Source of the DNA: Candidatus Kaiserbacteria bacterium
Lineage (GTDB): Bacteria; Patescibacteriota; Minisyncoccia; Phycocordibacterales; UBA918
Reading direction: 5' to 3'
NCBI GenBank assembly: GCA_019634005.1
Contig: JAHQWD010000003.1
Span: 133,725-174,538 of the forward strand
DNA: 40,814 nt
The notes below the pieces were generated by a model, which saw only the letters and a list, made by a program, of their open reading frames with translations, had not been told where the DNA came from and searched no databases. The translations under genes were made by a program, and so were the position numbers. Shown here in pieces: positions 1 through 8,359 of the stretch. The stretch's first letter is position 1; every line of letters begins with the position of its first letter.

Positions 1-189
1 GATCTCGTCAGTTACTTGTGTAAGGAGATGTGTCACATTTCCTGTTCCGCATCCTGCGTCGAGAATAGGAGTCTGGCATTCGTGGAGATGGTGACAAACC
101 GTATCGAGCATCTCTTGATACGGAATGAGGGTGGTCAGCGTATCGTAATATCGCGCATACGCATCCCAATCGATAGGTGATCGTGGCAT
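1..189 (-). CDS. Class I SAM-dependent methyltransferase, 5' part (runs off window start)
   Basis: Not in the ORF track. Manual translation from ATG at 189 gives MPRSPIDWDAYARYYDTLTTLIPYQEMLDTVCHHLHECQTPILDAGCGTGNVTHLL..., with SAM motif I (ILDAGCGTG). AAGAGG SD-like sequence upstream. Confidence 0.85.
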   Translation of the reverse strand, partial: MPRSPIDWDAYARYYDTLTTLIPYQEMLDTVCHHLHECQTPILDAGCGTGNVTHLLTQVTDEI

Positions 190-318
190 AAGAAGACCTC
201 TTTCTTGTTGTGATAAAGGACGATTCCAAAATATATTTTAGGTTTTAGCCAATGAGCAGGTGATCAAGAAGAGGTGTTCGATATCTGAGTTTTATATAGA
301 CGAAATCTCGTAAGATAT

Positions 319-348
319 GAAAAAATGCTTGATTTTGTATCAAGCATT
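319..348 (-). terminator. Intrinsic terminator of the response regulator
   Basis: AATGCTTGAT-5nt-ATCAAGCATT inverted repeat; the A-run at 320-325 is a U-tract on the minus strand. Confidence 0.7.
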
Positions 349-350
349 CC

Positions 351-1016
351 CTAACAGATTTTGTATCCACGACCTTGTACAGTTTGTATAAAACGATTCT
401 TTCCTGTATCACCGAGCTTCTTACGAAGGCTCAAGATATGAGACTCGATGGTATTTGAGAAGGCATCCACCTCCATGTCCCAGACATGCTCGAGAATCAT
501 ACTGCGGGAGAGGACGATGCCTTTGTTTTGGAGGAGATAGCGAAGTAGCATAAATTCCTTTCGTGTCAGGTGGAGTTCTTTTTCTTTCTTGGTCACGATA
601 CCGCGTGGTACATCAAGAGCGATGTCTCCTGCGGTGAGTACCTCTTCCTCAATGCCTTTCGGTCTTCGAAGGAGTGCATGCATACGTGCGAGCAGTTCAC
701 TAAATGCAAATGGTTTAGTGAGATAGTCATCTGCACCTGCGTTCAAGAGGTCTACTTTTTTTGGTGCTTCACTTCGCACCGAGAGTACGAGGACAGGCGT
801 ATTAATTTCCTTCTCTCGGATTTCTCGAAGCACCTCAATACCTTCCTTTTTCGGAAGCATGTTATCGAGAATGATAAGGTCGTATTCGTTAATACATGCG
901 AGGTAGGCACCTCGCTCTCCGTCCTCTGCAACATCGACTGCGAAATACTCCGCTTCAAGCGATTCTTTGAGAAATGACGCTATTTTTTCTTCATCTTCTA
1001 CGATAAGAATACGCAT
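351..1016 (-). CDS. OmpR/PhoB-family response regulator (REC + winged helix)
   Basis: MRILIVEDE, DLIILD, GADDYLTKPF, LTRKEF, IQTVQGRGY; start moved to the ATG at 1016. Confidence 0.95.
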   Translation of the reverse strand: MRILIVEDEEKIASFLKESLEAEYFAVDVAEDGERGAYLACINEYDLIILDNMLPKKEGIEVLREIREKEINTPVLVLSVRSEAPKKVDLLNAGADDYLTKPFAFSELLARMHALLRRPKGIEEEVLTAGDIALDVPRGIVTKKEKELHLTRKEFMLLRYLLQNKGIVLSRSMILEHVWDMEVDAFSNTIESHILSLRKKLGDTGKNRFIQTVQGRGYKIC

Positions 1017-1062
1017 AAATACTTTAGATAGAGTTGATAAGTACTTTATCAAGATTTTATCA

Positions 1063-1226
1063 CAAAAAGAGTACTATTTCCGCGGGAGTTCTTTTATGGA
1101 AAATTCCTTAATTTTCACACTTGGAGTTCTTCTCCAATAGTGGGTTGAGTATGCGCAACACCATCTCTCTCGAGAGGCGGACAATACCCAACCCACTATT
1201 GACGGAGAATGTCTCCCGCAGTGCGC
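1063..1226 (-). ncRNA. Candidate structured non-coding RNA (long rod with GAGA tetraloop)
   Basis: Minus-strand promoter TTTACA(1260-1255)-16-TATGAT(1238-1233). Closing stem GCGGGAG/CUCCCGC, 18-bp helix CAAUAGUGGGUUGGGUAU/AUACUCAACCCACUAUUG, apical CGCCUCUC-GAGA-GAGAUGGUG. G-U wobbles work only on the minus strand. Confidence 0.55.
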
Positions 1227-1263
1227 AAGCGTATCATAGAATAGGGGGTTGTTGTGTAAATCG

Positions 1264-1294
1264 TTGACTGTATTGCGTAATTAATTGCTATACT
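1264..1294 (+). promoter_or_regulatory. Sigma70-type promoter, extended -10, leaderless start
   Basis: TTGACT (1264-1269) and TGC-TATACT (1286-1294), 8 nt before the ATG at 1303. Confidence 0.6.
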
Positions 1295-1302
1295 ATTTTT
1301 AT

Positions 1303-1671
1303 ATGAGCACCCAAAAAGTTTTGATCGTTGAAGATGAGAAGCCGATGGCGAAAGCGTTGGCATTGAAACTTGGCCACGAAGGCGTTGAGGCCGAAGTGGT
1401 TCACGATGGAAAGGAAGGTCTTGAGAAAGCGCGGACGGGAGGATATGCGCTTATCATCCTCGACCTTATCATGCCCGTGATGGACGGCTTCACGTTCCTT
1501 GAGACATTGAAAAAGGAAGGGGTGAAGACGCCTGTTGTTGTTGCTTCAAACCTCTCACAGGAAGGGGACGCAGAACGGGCAAAGAAATTGGGTGCGGTCG
1601 ACTACTTTATTAAATCAAATACACCGCTTGCTGATATTGTTGCCCACATCACGAAAATCCTGAACGCGTAA
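1303..1671 (+). CDS. Single-domain response regulator (CheY/PilH-like)
   Basis: VLIVEDE, LIILDLIMPVMDG, GAVDYFIK; REC domain only, directly upstream of pilB. Confidence 0.92.
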   Translation: MSTQKVLIVEDEKPMAKALALKLGHEGVEAEVVHDGKEGLEKARTGGYALIILDLIMPVMDGFTFLETLKKEGVKTPVVVASNLSQEGDAERAKKLGAVDYFIKSNTPLADIVAHITKILNA

Positions 1672-1689
1672 TTCACGTTTTGTACATTC

Positions 1690-2589
1690 ATGCACACGCT
1701 CTCCGAACGAGATATATACACACTACTCCGTGAGCAGAACTATGTTCCTGCCGAGGAGTTGGACACTGCGTGGGAATCCTACCCGCGTGAGAGTACTTCC
1801 TTTGCACAGTTTCTTATTGAAAAGGATGTCTTGACCGAAGATTTGTTGGGACAGGCAATCGCGGAACAGTTTAAGGTTCCCTATATTGATTTTGATGCGC
1901 ACACCATAACTCCTGAAGATAGAGCGCAGTTACCACGAGATGTTGCAATGCAGTATCGCGTGGTGTTTGTTGAGGCAAACAAGAATGAGGCCGTAGTGGC
2001 AACAGATAACCCTGCACAGAAGGGATTGAAGACTGCACTTCGCACCGCACTTAAAAAGAAAAAGATTACCGTTGGGTATACACTCCCCGACACACTGGAA
2101 AACGCACTCTTTGCATACAGACCACCGCTTGGTGAGGTATTGAAGGGAATACTAGAAAAAGACCCTGAGGACGCACCTTCGGTTATCGACACGCTCTTTG
2201 AAGAGGCAGTGATGCAGGGTGCGTCTGATATTCACTTTGAGCCACGAGAGGAATCTGTGGTGGTTCGATTTCGTGTCGACGGACTTCTCTCTGCCGTTGC
2301 AGCATTGTCTCCAGAACTCTATGAGATTGCAGTGAACCGCATCAAAGTCGCGGCGCAACTTCGTATAGACCAGCACATGGCACCGCAGGATGGCTCGCTT
2401 CGTATCGGTATGGGAGACAAAGATATTGATATGCGTGTCTCTGTCACACCAATTGCAGATGGTGAAAAAATCGTCATTCGGCTTCTTGGAGAGTATGTGA
2501 GTAGCCTCGCTTTCTCTGATATCGGCATGCGAGAGGACTCTTCCGTGCGTCTGAGGAGGTGTCGCGTGAAGAGTGGCGCGCGTATGTAG
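1690..2589 (+). pseudogene. pilB: PilB/GspE-family type IV pilus assembly ATPase, C-terminally truncated
   Basis: ASDIHFEP, VRFRVDGLL, PQDG, DMRVS, GEKIVIRLL and SDIGM are present, then the frame ends before Walker A (no GPTGSGKT). Confidence 0.85.
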
Positions 2590-3575
2590 AGAGTCTTAAT
2601 ATTCAAGATACGTTTCCAGGAATTCAGGGTGTTGGATACTCAGAGATAGTGCATCCAGAAGATCTTGATGTATATATTGAAGGCGTTCAAGATGAAGGCT
2701 TTTCTGAATTTACCGTGCATCCAGAAGGGGAGCGAGAGATATACACCTCTATCATATATCTAGAACCGTTTGATGTGCGAAATCAGGAAGCGTTTGGTTT
2801 CGACATGTTCCAGGAACCGACGCGACGGAAGGCAATGGAGTTTGCACGAGACACAGACACTGCAGCACTGTCAGGGCGCGTAACACTTGTGCAAGAAATT
2901 GATGCTGATGTACAGGCTGGTTTCCTCATTTATCTCCCACTCTATGCAAAAGATATTCCGCATGCAACGCTTGGTGAACGAAGAGGTTCTATTCTCGGAT
3001 ATATTTATAGTCCATTTCGCATGAATAACTTCATGGAAGATATCTTTTCTGCAGAGCAGTCGGGACTTGATCTAGAAATCTACGACGGTTCAAATCAGAA
3101 TTTCCTGCCTGAGAATGAGATGTATCGAACTGCCATCGTCGATGCGGAGGCGTCCATACTTCGTGCAGTGCGCACGCTTGAGATTGGAGGGCATGCGTGG
3201 ACGGTTCGATACACTGCTGGGACAGGGTATGGATTTGATTTCTTCAGGACAAGTCTTCCATTTATTGTACTTGGAAGCGGAATCCTCTTTAGTATCCTCC
3301 TCTTTTTCATTACCTACGTTTTGAATACCCGTAGAGAAAAAGCGGCACTATTGGCAGCACAGATAACCAACGACCTTAATAGACGTACAGAAGAGAATGA
3401 GAAGATTGCGCAGGAACTTGAGAAAGTAAATGAAGATCTCAAGAAACAGTCTGCAATACTGGAACAAAAAGTTGATGAAGTTGAGCGGATCAATGAGCAT
3501 CTCGTCGGACGAGAGATAAAGATGGTCGAACTGAAAGAAAAGCTTAAGAAAGAAGGAAAAGATACTGAAACATAA
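2529..3575 (+). pseudogene. CHASE-domain membrane sensor, N-terminally truncated; ends in a coiled coil with no catalytic output domain
   Basis: ARGLFRASEEVSREEW...PGIQGVGY...IIYLEPFD.RN..AFGFDM...ARDT...LSGRVTLVQ. One TM helix follows the domain; the first TM is missing and there is an in-frame TGA at 2517. Confidence 0.8.
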
Positions 3576-3578
3576 TTT

Positions 3579-6017
3579 ATGTGGAATAGCGTCTCATTCA
3601 AGATAATATCGATAAGCATACTCCTCTTGGCGATAGTGTACCTATCGTTCTTTGCGTATATGAGTCGAGAGTTGCGGGTATACCTCACGGATGAAGCCAC
3701 CGAATCATTTGAAGCGCAGGTGCTCTCAGAACGGAAGGTACTGGAGACATCGCTCTCTAATATTGAGAGTATGCTTCGTACTATACGGGGAACACCACCA
3801 TTCCAGGGAATGATTCGTGCAGATAAAAACGGCGGTTTTGATTCCTTGGGGAACTCTACCCACGAGGAATGGAGAGATCGTCTTGCAACCATCTTTGCAT
3901 CAGAAATGAATTCTGCAACATTCTTTGGACAGTTGCGATATCTTGATGTCACAGGACAGGAGGTTGTTCGTGTTGACCTTAAAGACGGTGCACCTGTCCG
4001 TGTTGCAGAAGCAGATTTGCAATACAAAGGGGATCGGTCATATATGCAGAATGCGGAGGTTCTTACTGAAGACACTGTCTACGTGTCACCGGTTAGTCTT
4101 AATAGGGAGGGGGTCGACATGGTTATTGAGATACCGTATGTACCCGTGATACGGTACGTGTTTCCAATCTTTGATGAAGAAACAGGAGTGCGTGCAGGGA
4201 GTCTGGTAGGGAATGTACTTTTTGATGAGTTGATGAAGCGCACCGTACTTCAGACAACGACGGTAACTGAAGTCTCACTCATTGATGCAGAGGGATACTA
4301 TCTTCTTAACAGAGATACAGCGAAGTTGTGGGGAAGCGGTCGAGATTTAGATACAACCGAGAATTTCTTCAAAGATTTCCCAGGGCTTGTAGGAGCATTA
4401 ACCCAAGGTGTGGTGAGCTCTACAGAGACAGATACTGATGTCTTCGCCTTTGCTAAGGTATTTCCTAATCCAACAGACAAGACATATTACCTCTCTCTCA
4501 TACAACACACACCAAAGACCGTGTTGTTCGGTCCCATTGAAGGGGTGGTCATACAACTCTTTGTGGTAGGGGCAGTTGCCGCCTCTATCCTTGCAGTCGC
4601 TCTTTTCTTTGTGATTCGATTACTCCTCCGACCACTCAAGGTGGTGACTGCCGCTGCAAAACAAATTGGAAAAGGGGAGTTTGAGGGAAATATCAAGACA
4701 AGTTCACGAGATGAGATTGGTCTTTTGGCTCGTGCCATCAATACCATGTCGCGGAATCTGCGGGAGTCGTACAGTACTATGCAGTCTAAAGTGGAAGAGC
4801 AAACAAACGAGCTTGCTGATAAGGTGGGTGAACTTGAGAACACCAAGAGGGCACTGATTAACGTGCTTGATGATGTAGAAGAGGCACGACGTATTGCAGA
4901 AGTAGAGGAGAAGAAAACTGCTGCTATTCTCGGAAGTATCGGTGATGGACTCGTAGTGCTCGACGAGCAAGGAAGGGTGGTATTGGTCAACAAGGTATTT
5001 GAAGAACTTCTCGGATGGAAACAGAGTGAGGTGGTCGGGAAGGTATTTATCGACGTGGTACCGCTCATTGATGAGTCTGGTACCCCTCTTCCAAAAGAAA
5101 AACGGCTCATTGCACAGTCGCTTAGAAAAGGTGTTTCAAACCGAGGTTCGCGAACAGGAAAACTTTCATATCAACGGAAGGACGGGTCGCTATTCCCTGT
5201 AGCGATTTCAACGGCACCAGTGATTGTAAATGAGGAGGTGCGTGGAGCGGTGGAGGTGTTCCGCGACATTACACAAGAGGCGCAGATTGATAAAGCAAAA
5301 ACAGAGTTTGTATCTTTGGCGAGTCATCAACTTCGTACACCGCTCACTGCAGTACGGTGGTATGTCGAAATGTTACTTTCTGAAGACGCAGGAGCGCTTA
5401 ACACGGATCAGATGGACTATGTGCGAGAGATTGCTGAAGGAAATCATCGCATGATTGATCTTGTGAACGCTCTCCTTAACGTGTCACGTATCGAATTGGG
5501 GACATTTGCTGTTGAGGTCTCGGATATCTCTATACCAGATCTTGTCTCTGGTATTGCCAAAGATTTCACTATGCAAGTACAGAGTAAAAAACAGACACTC
5601 TCTATTAATACCGATGATGCACCTGAGGTATACCCGGCAGATCCAAAATTATTAGGTATTGTCTTCCAGAATCTGCTTTCCAATGCAATTAAATACACTC
5701 CTGAAGGTGGTACGGTCAGCTGTAGGGTTACGAAGGATACGGAGAATGTACATATCGCTGTTTCTGATACAGGATATGGAATTCCAAAGGAGCAACAGGA
5801 TAAGATATTCTCCAAACTCTTCCGTGCGGATAACGTAAAGGCACAGGATACGACTGGTACGGGGCTTGGGCTCTATATTGTAAAAGCGATTGTAGAACAG
5901 TCTGGTGGTTCAATCTCCTTTGAGTCCGCAGAAGGAAAGGGAACAACCTTTACGGTTACATTGCCACAGAAGGGCATGACACCCAAGGAAGGCTCACGAC
6001 CGCTGGAGGCGGAGTAG
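3579..6017 (+). CDS. Sensor histidine kinase (TM-Cache-TM-HAMP-PAS-HisKA-HATPase)
   Basis: HAMP (DEIGLLARAINTM), PAS (SIGDGLVVLD...VN), H-box SHQLRTPLT, N-box NLLSNAIKYT, DTGYGIP, GTGLGL. Confidence 0.96.
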   Translation: MWNSVSFKIISISILLLAIVYLSFFAYMSRELRVYLTDEATESFEAQVLSERKVLETSLSNIESMLRTIRGTPPFQGMIRADKNGGFDSLGNSTHEEWRDRLATIFASEMNSATFFGQLRYLDVTGQEVVRVDLKDGAPVRVAEADLQYKGDRSYMQNAEVLTEDTVYVSPVSLNREGVDMVIEIPYVPVIRYVFPIFDEETGVRAGSLVGNVLFDELMKRTVLQTTTVTEVSLIDAEGYYLLNRDTAKLWGSGRDLDTTENFFKDFPGLVGALTQGVVSSTETDTDVFAFAKVFPNPTDKTYYLSLIQHTPKTVLFGPIEGVVIQLFVVGAVAASILAVALFFVIRLLLRPLKVVTAAAKQIGKGEFEGNIKTSSRDEIGLLARAINTMSRNLRESYSTMQSKVEEQTNELADKVGELENTKRALINVLDDVEEARRIAEVEEKKTAAILGSIGDGLVVLDEQGRVVLVNKVFEELLGWKQSEVVGKVFIDVVPLIDESGTPLPKEKRLIAQSLRKGVSNRGSRTGKLSYQRKDGSLFPVAISTAPVIVNEEVRGAVEVFRDITQEAQIDKAKTEFVSLASHQLRTPLTAVRWYVEMLLSEDAGALNTDQMDYVREIAEGNHRMIDLVNALLNVSRIELGTFAVEVSDISIPDLVSGIAKDFTMQVQSKKQTLSINTDDAPEVYPADPKLLGIVFQNLLSNAIKYTPEGGTVSCRVTKDTENVHIAVSDTGYGIPKEQQDKIFSKLFRADNVKAQDTTGTGLGLYIVKAIVEQSGGSISFESAEGKGTTFTVTLPQKGMTPKEGSRPLEAE

Positions 6018-6032
6018 GGTATACTAGTGGGT

Positions 6033-6377
6033 ATGAAATACCCGCATGAACAGATCCAGTATATAGAGTTCCTCTCAGAGAATTTGGAGCAGATTAAAGA
6101 ATTTTATACAAAAGCTTTTGGCTGGGAGTTTACCGACTACGGTACAGAATACACTGCTTTTTCTGGAGAGTACGTTGATGGAGGCTTTGCACTCGGTACT
6201 CCAATAAAAGGAAGTGTTCTTGTTATTCTCTATTCAAAGGAGTTGGAAAAGACACAAGCGCGCGTTCGCGAGGCGGGAGGAGAAATTGTAAAAGATATCT
6301 TTAGCTTTCCTGGCGGACGACGATTCCATTTCTTGGATTCTGACGGGAATGAATTAGCAGTCTGGTCTGATATATGA
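6033..6377 (+). CDS. VOC/glyoxalase family protein
   Basis: FYTKAFGW, GGEIVKDIFSFPGGRRFHFLDSDGNELAVW. Confidence 0.9.
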   Translation: MKYPHEQIQYIEFLSENLEQIKEFYTKAFGWEFTDYGTEYTAFSGEYVDGGFALGTPIKGSVLVILYSKELEKTQARVREAGGEIVKDIFSFPGGRRFHFLDSDGNELAVWSDI

Positions 6378-7156
6378 AACTGATTACACTAAATACCTGG
6401 GGTGGTCGTGGAGGAAAGGAAGCACTTCTTGATTTCTTTCGTACACATAAAGATGATGTCGATTTTTTCTGCCTTCAAGAAGTATGGTCTGCACCGTATG
6501 AACATATGGAAGGCACAAAGGCTGGTGGCACTCCCATTGAGAACAAACGAGCCATGACTGAAGGTCTCCAAGAGATCTCTGGGGTGCTTGAGGATCATGT
6601 GCCGCACTTTAGGCCATTGTTTGGGGATGACTACGGAATTCTTATGTGTGTCTCAAAAAAATATGAGATCCTTGAAGAAGGAGAAGAATTCGTCTATATG
6701 CACAAGGGATATTTCTCTGAAAAAGATTTTGGAGATCATGCTCGGCTCGTCCAGTATGTAACTATTCAGAATGGTGAGACACCACTTACGATCCTTAATT
6801 TTCATGGTCTTTGGACTCCGAAACCTGAAGGACGAGGCAAGCAAGATATCCCAGAACGTTTGGAGCAGTCAGAACGTATCGTCTCTCTTCTCGAACGATT
6901 CGATCACCCACTGGTACTTGCGGGAGATTTTAACCTACTTCCAGATTCTGAGAGTGTGGGTATTTTAGAACGTAGTGGTCTAAGGAATCTTATAACTGAG
7001 TACAAGGTCTCATCAACACGAACAAAATTCTATACGACAGCAGATACGTTATTCGCAGATTATATCTTCACGAGAGGGGACGTAACGGTACGTGACTTCA
7101 AAGTACTTCCTGATGAAGTATCTGATCACGCACCACTCTTTTTAGATTTTGACTGA
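6374..7156 (+). CDS. Endonuclease/exonuclease/phosphatase (EEP) family protein
   Basis: LITLN, CLQEV, LAGDFN, DYIF and SDHAP motifs. Confidence 0.92.
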   Translation: MKLITLNTWGGRGGKEALLDFFRTHKDDVDFFCLQEVWSAPYEHMEGTKAGGTPIENKRAMTEGLQEISGVLEDHVPHFRPLFGDDYGILMCVSKKYEILEEGEEFVYMHKGYFSEKDFGDHARLVQYVTIQNGETPLTILNFHGLWTPKPEGRGKQDIPERLEQSERIVSLLERFDHPLVLAGDFNLLPDSESVGILERSGLRNLITEYKVSSTRTKFYTTADTLFADYIFTRGDVTVRDFKVLPDEVSDHAPLFLDFD

Positions 7157-7238
7157 TCTCTCTACAGAGCAACCTTGACTTTGAAAGAGCATCATATATG
7201 CTTTGTCTCGATTGATCTTTAATGGGGAGACATACTAT

Positions 7239-7616
7239 ATGTCGAAAGAAGATACTACGTACAAAGAATTTGTCCTGGATGCTCACCGAGTGTCGGAGTA
7301 CATGAGCAGACAAGTCTATGCACTCTTTTCCATCAACGAGAGAGGAAAGGTAGTTCCGATTACGTTTCCGAACTCTAACCGAGAAGTGGTCTCGCTTGAT
7401 AAGGCGTTGGTAGAGGAGCTTAAAAAACTTCTTGAAGGGCATCTTTGTCGAGTCGAAATGCACGCACTCTATGGGCTTGTTTCCATGGACGAGAAACACG
7501 TCTTTATCGACGATGGTGACAACGACAGACTTCTTCAGAGACAGCTGACGCCACTCTTTGTTGGAGGGGAGTACGAAGCCTTCCTCGATGCGTACGCACT
7601 TGCGCGGAGCGCTTGA
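7239..7616 (+). CDS. Hypothetical protein (stand-alone ORFan cassette)
   Basis: Own TTGACT/TATGCT promoter, GGGGAG SD and downstream terminator; no recognisable family. Confidence 0.7.
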   Translation: MSKEDTTYKEFVLDAHRVSEYMSRQVYALFSINERGKVVPITFPNSNREVVSLDKALVEELKKLLEGHLCRVEMHALYGLVSMDEKHVFIDDGDNDRLLQRQLTPLFVGGEYEAFLDAYALARSA

Positions 7617-7631
7617 GAATGAGAGATACGA

Positions 7632-7658
7632 GCTCGGGACAATGTCCCGAGCGTTTTC
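7632..7658 (+). terminator. Intrinsic terminator
   Basis: GCTCGGGAC-AAT-GTCCCGAGC followed by GTTTTC. Confidence 0.75.
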
Positions 7659-7679
7659 GTATCTGGTATACTAGAAGAC

Positions 7680-7967
7680 ATGTTTAAAGAATACGTTGCA
7701 TATATAAAGAATAACCCTGAGCGATATTGGTTCAAACGGAAGCTTTTTGGATGGGGATGGACACCTGCAACGTGGGAAGGGTGGGTTGTTACAGGAATCT
7801 ATGCAGTAGCAGTTATCTTACTCGCGTTCACTATTGATAGTACTTCTCCCCGACAGGAGGTATTTTTCACATTCATTCTCCCTGTCGTGTTACTCACCAT
7901 CGCGCTTATTCGGGTTTGTTATCGAAAAGGAGAAAAGCCAAAATGGCAGTGGGGGTTAAAGAAGTAG
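7680..7967 (+). CDS. Small two-TM membrane protein
   Basis: WFKRKLFGWGWTPATWEGW motif plus two hydrophobic helices; -10 box 7 nt upstream. Confidence 0.8.
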   Translation: MFKEYVAYIKNNPERYWFKRKLFGWGWTPATWEGWVVTGIYAVAVILLAFTIDSTSPRQEVFFTFILPVVLLTIALIRVCYRKGEKPKWQWGLKK

Positions 7968-7970
7968 TAC

Positions 7971-8273
7971 ATGGCTAAGCGCTCATATACGGTGAACGCA
8001 AAAGTCTGGCTCTATCCAGGCGAGCATGCGTCATGGCATTTCGTCAGTGTTGATAAAAAACAGTCTACAGATATTAAAGAACGATATGGAAAGTACGCAA
8101 AAGGATTTCGTTCGATTCCCGTTCGCGTGACTATTGGGAAGACGACATGGGACACGTCACTCTTCCCTGATTCCAAGAGTGGCATGTATATTCTTCCATT
8201 AAAGGCATCTGTACGAAGAGCTGAAGGTGTTTTGGAAGGAGAAACAATAGATGTCGTCATTCAGGTACGATAA
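7971..8273 (+). CDS. DUF1905-like protein
   Basis: WHFVSV, IPVRVTIGKTTWDTSLFP, YILPLKASVRRAEG. Confidence 0.8.
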   Translation: MAKRSYTVNAKVWLYPGEHASWHFVSVDKKQSTDIKERYGKYAKGFRSIPVRVTIGKTTWDTSLFPDSKSGMYILPLKASVRRAEGVLEGETIDVVIQVR

Positions 8274-8359
8274 ACTTGCTTTTTCTCTGATCTGTCTTAT
8301 AGTGCGATCAGTCTAAATTAGATCTTAATAATCACACCAGGAAAGGGGGTGAACAGAAG

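Noticed and set aside
8-229. 73-aa ORF in the track
   Set aside because: Wrong frame; the overlapping frame from ATG 189 carries a clear methyltransferase motif and SD
1690-1890. c-di-GMP-binding MshEN motif in PilB
   Set aside because: The helical pattern is similar but the RLGxxL signature residues are absent
2517-2589. Programmed frameshift producing a PilB-CHASE fusion
   Set aside because: No slippery sequence; the fusion would lack the ATPase core and the TM needed to export CHASE
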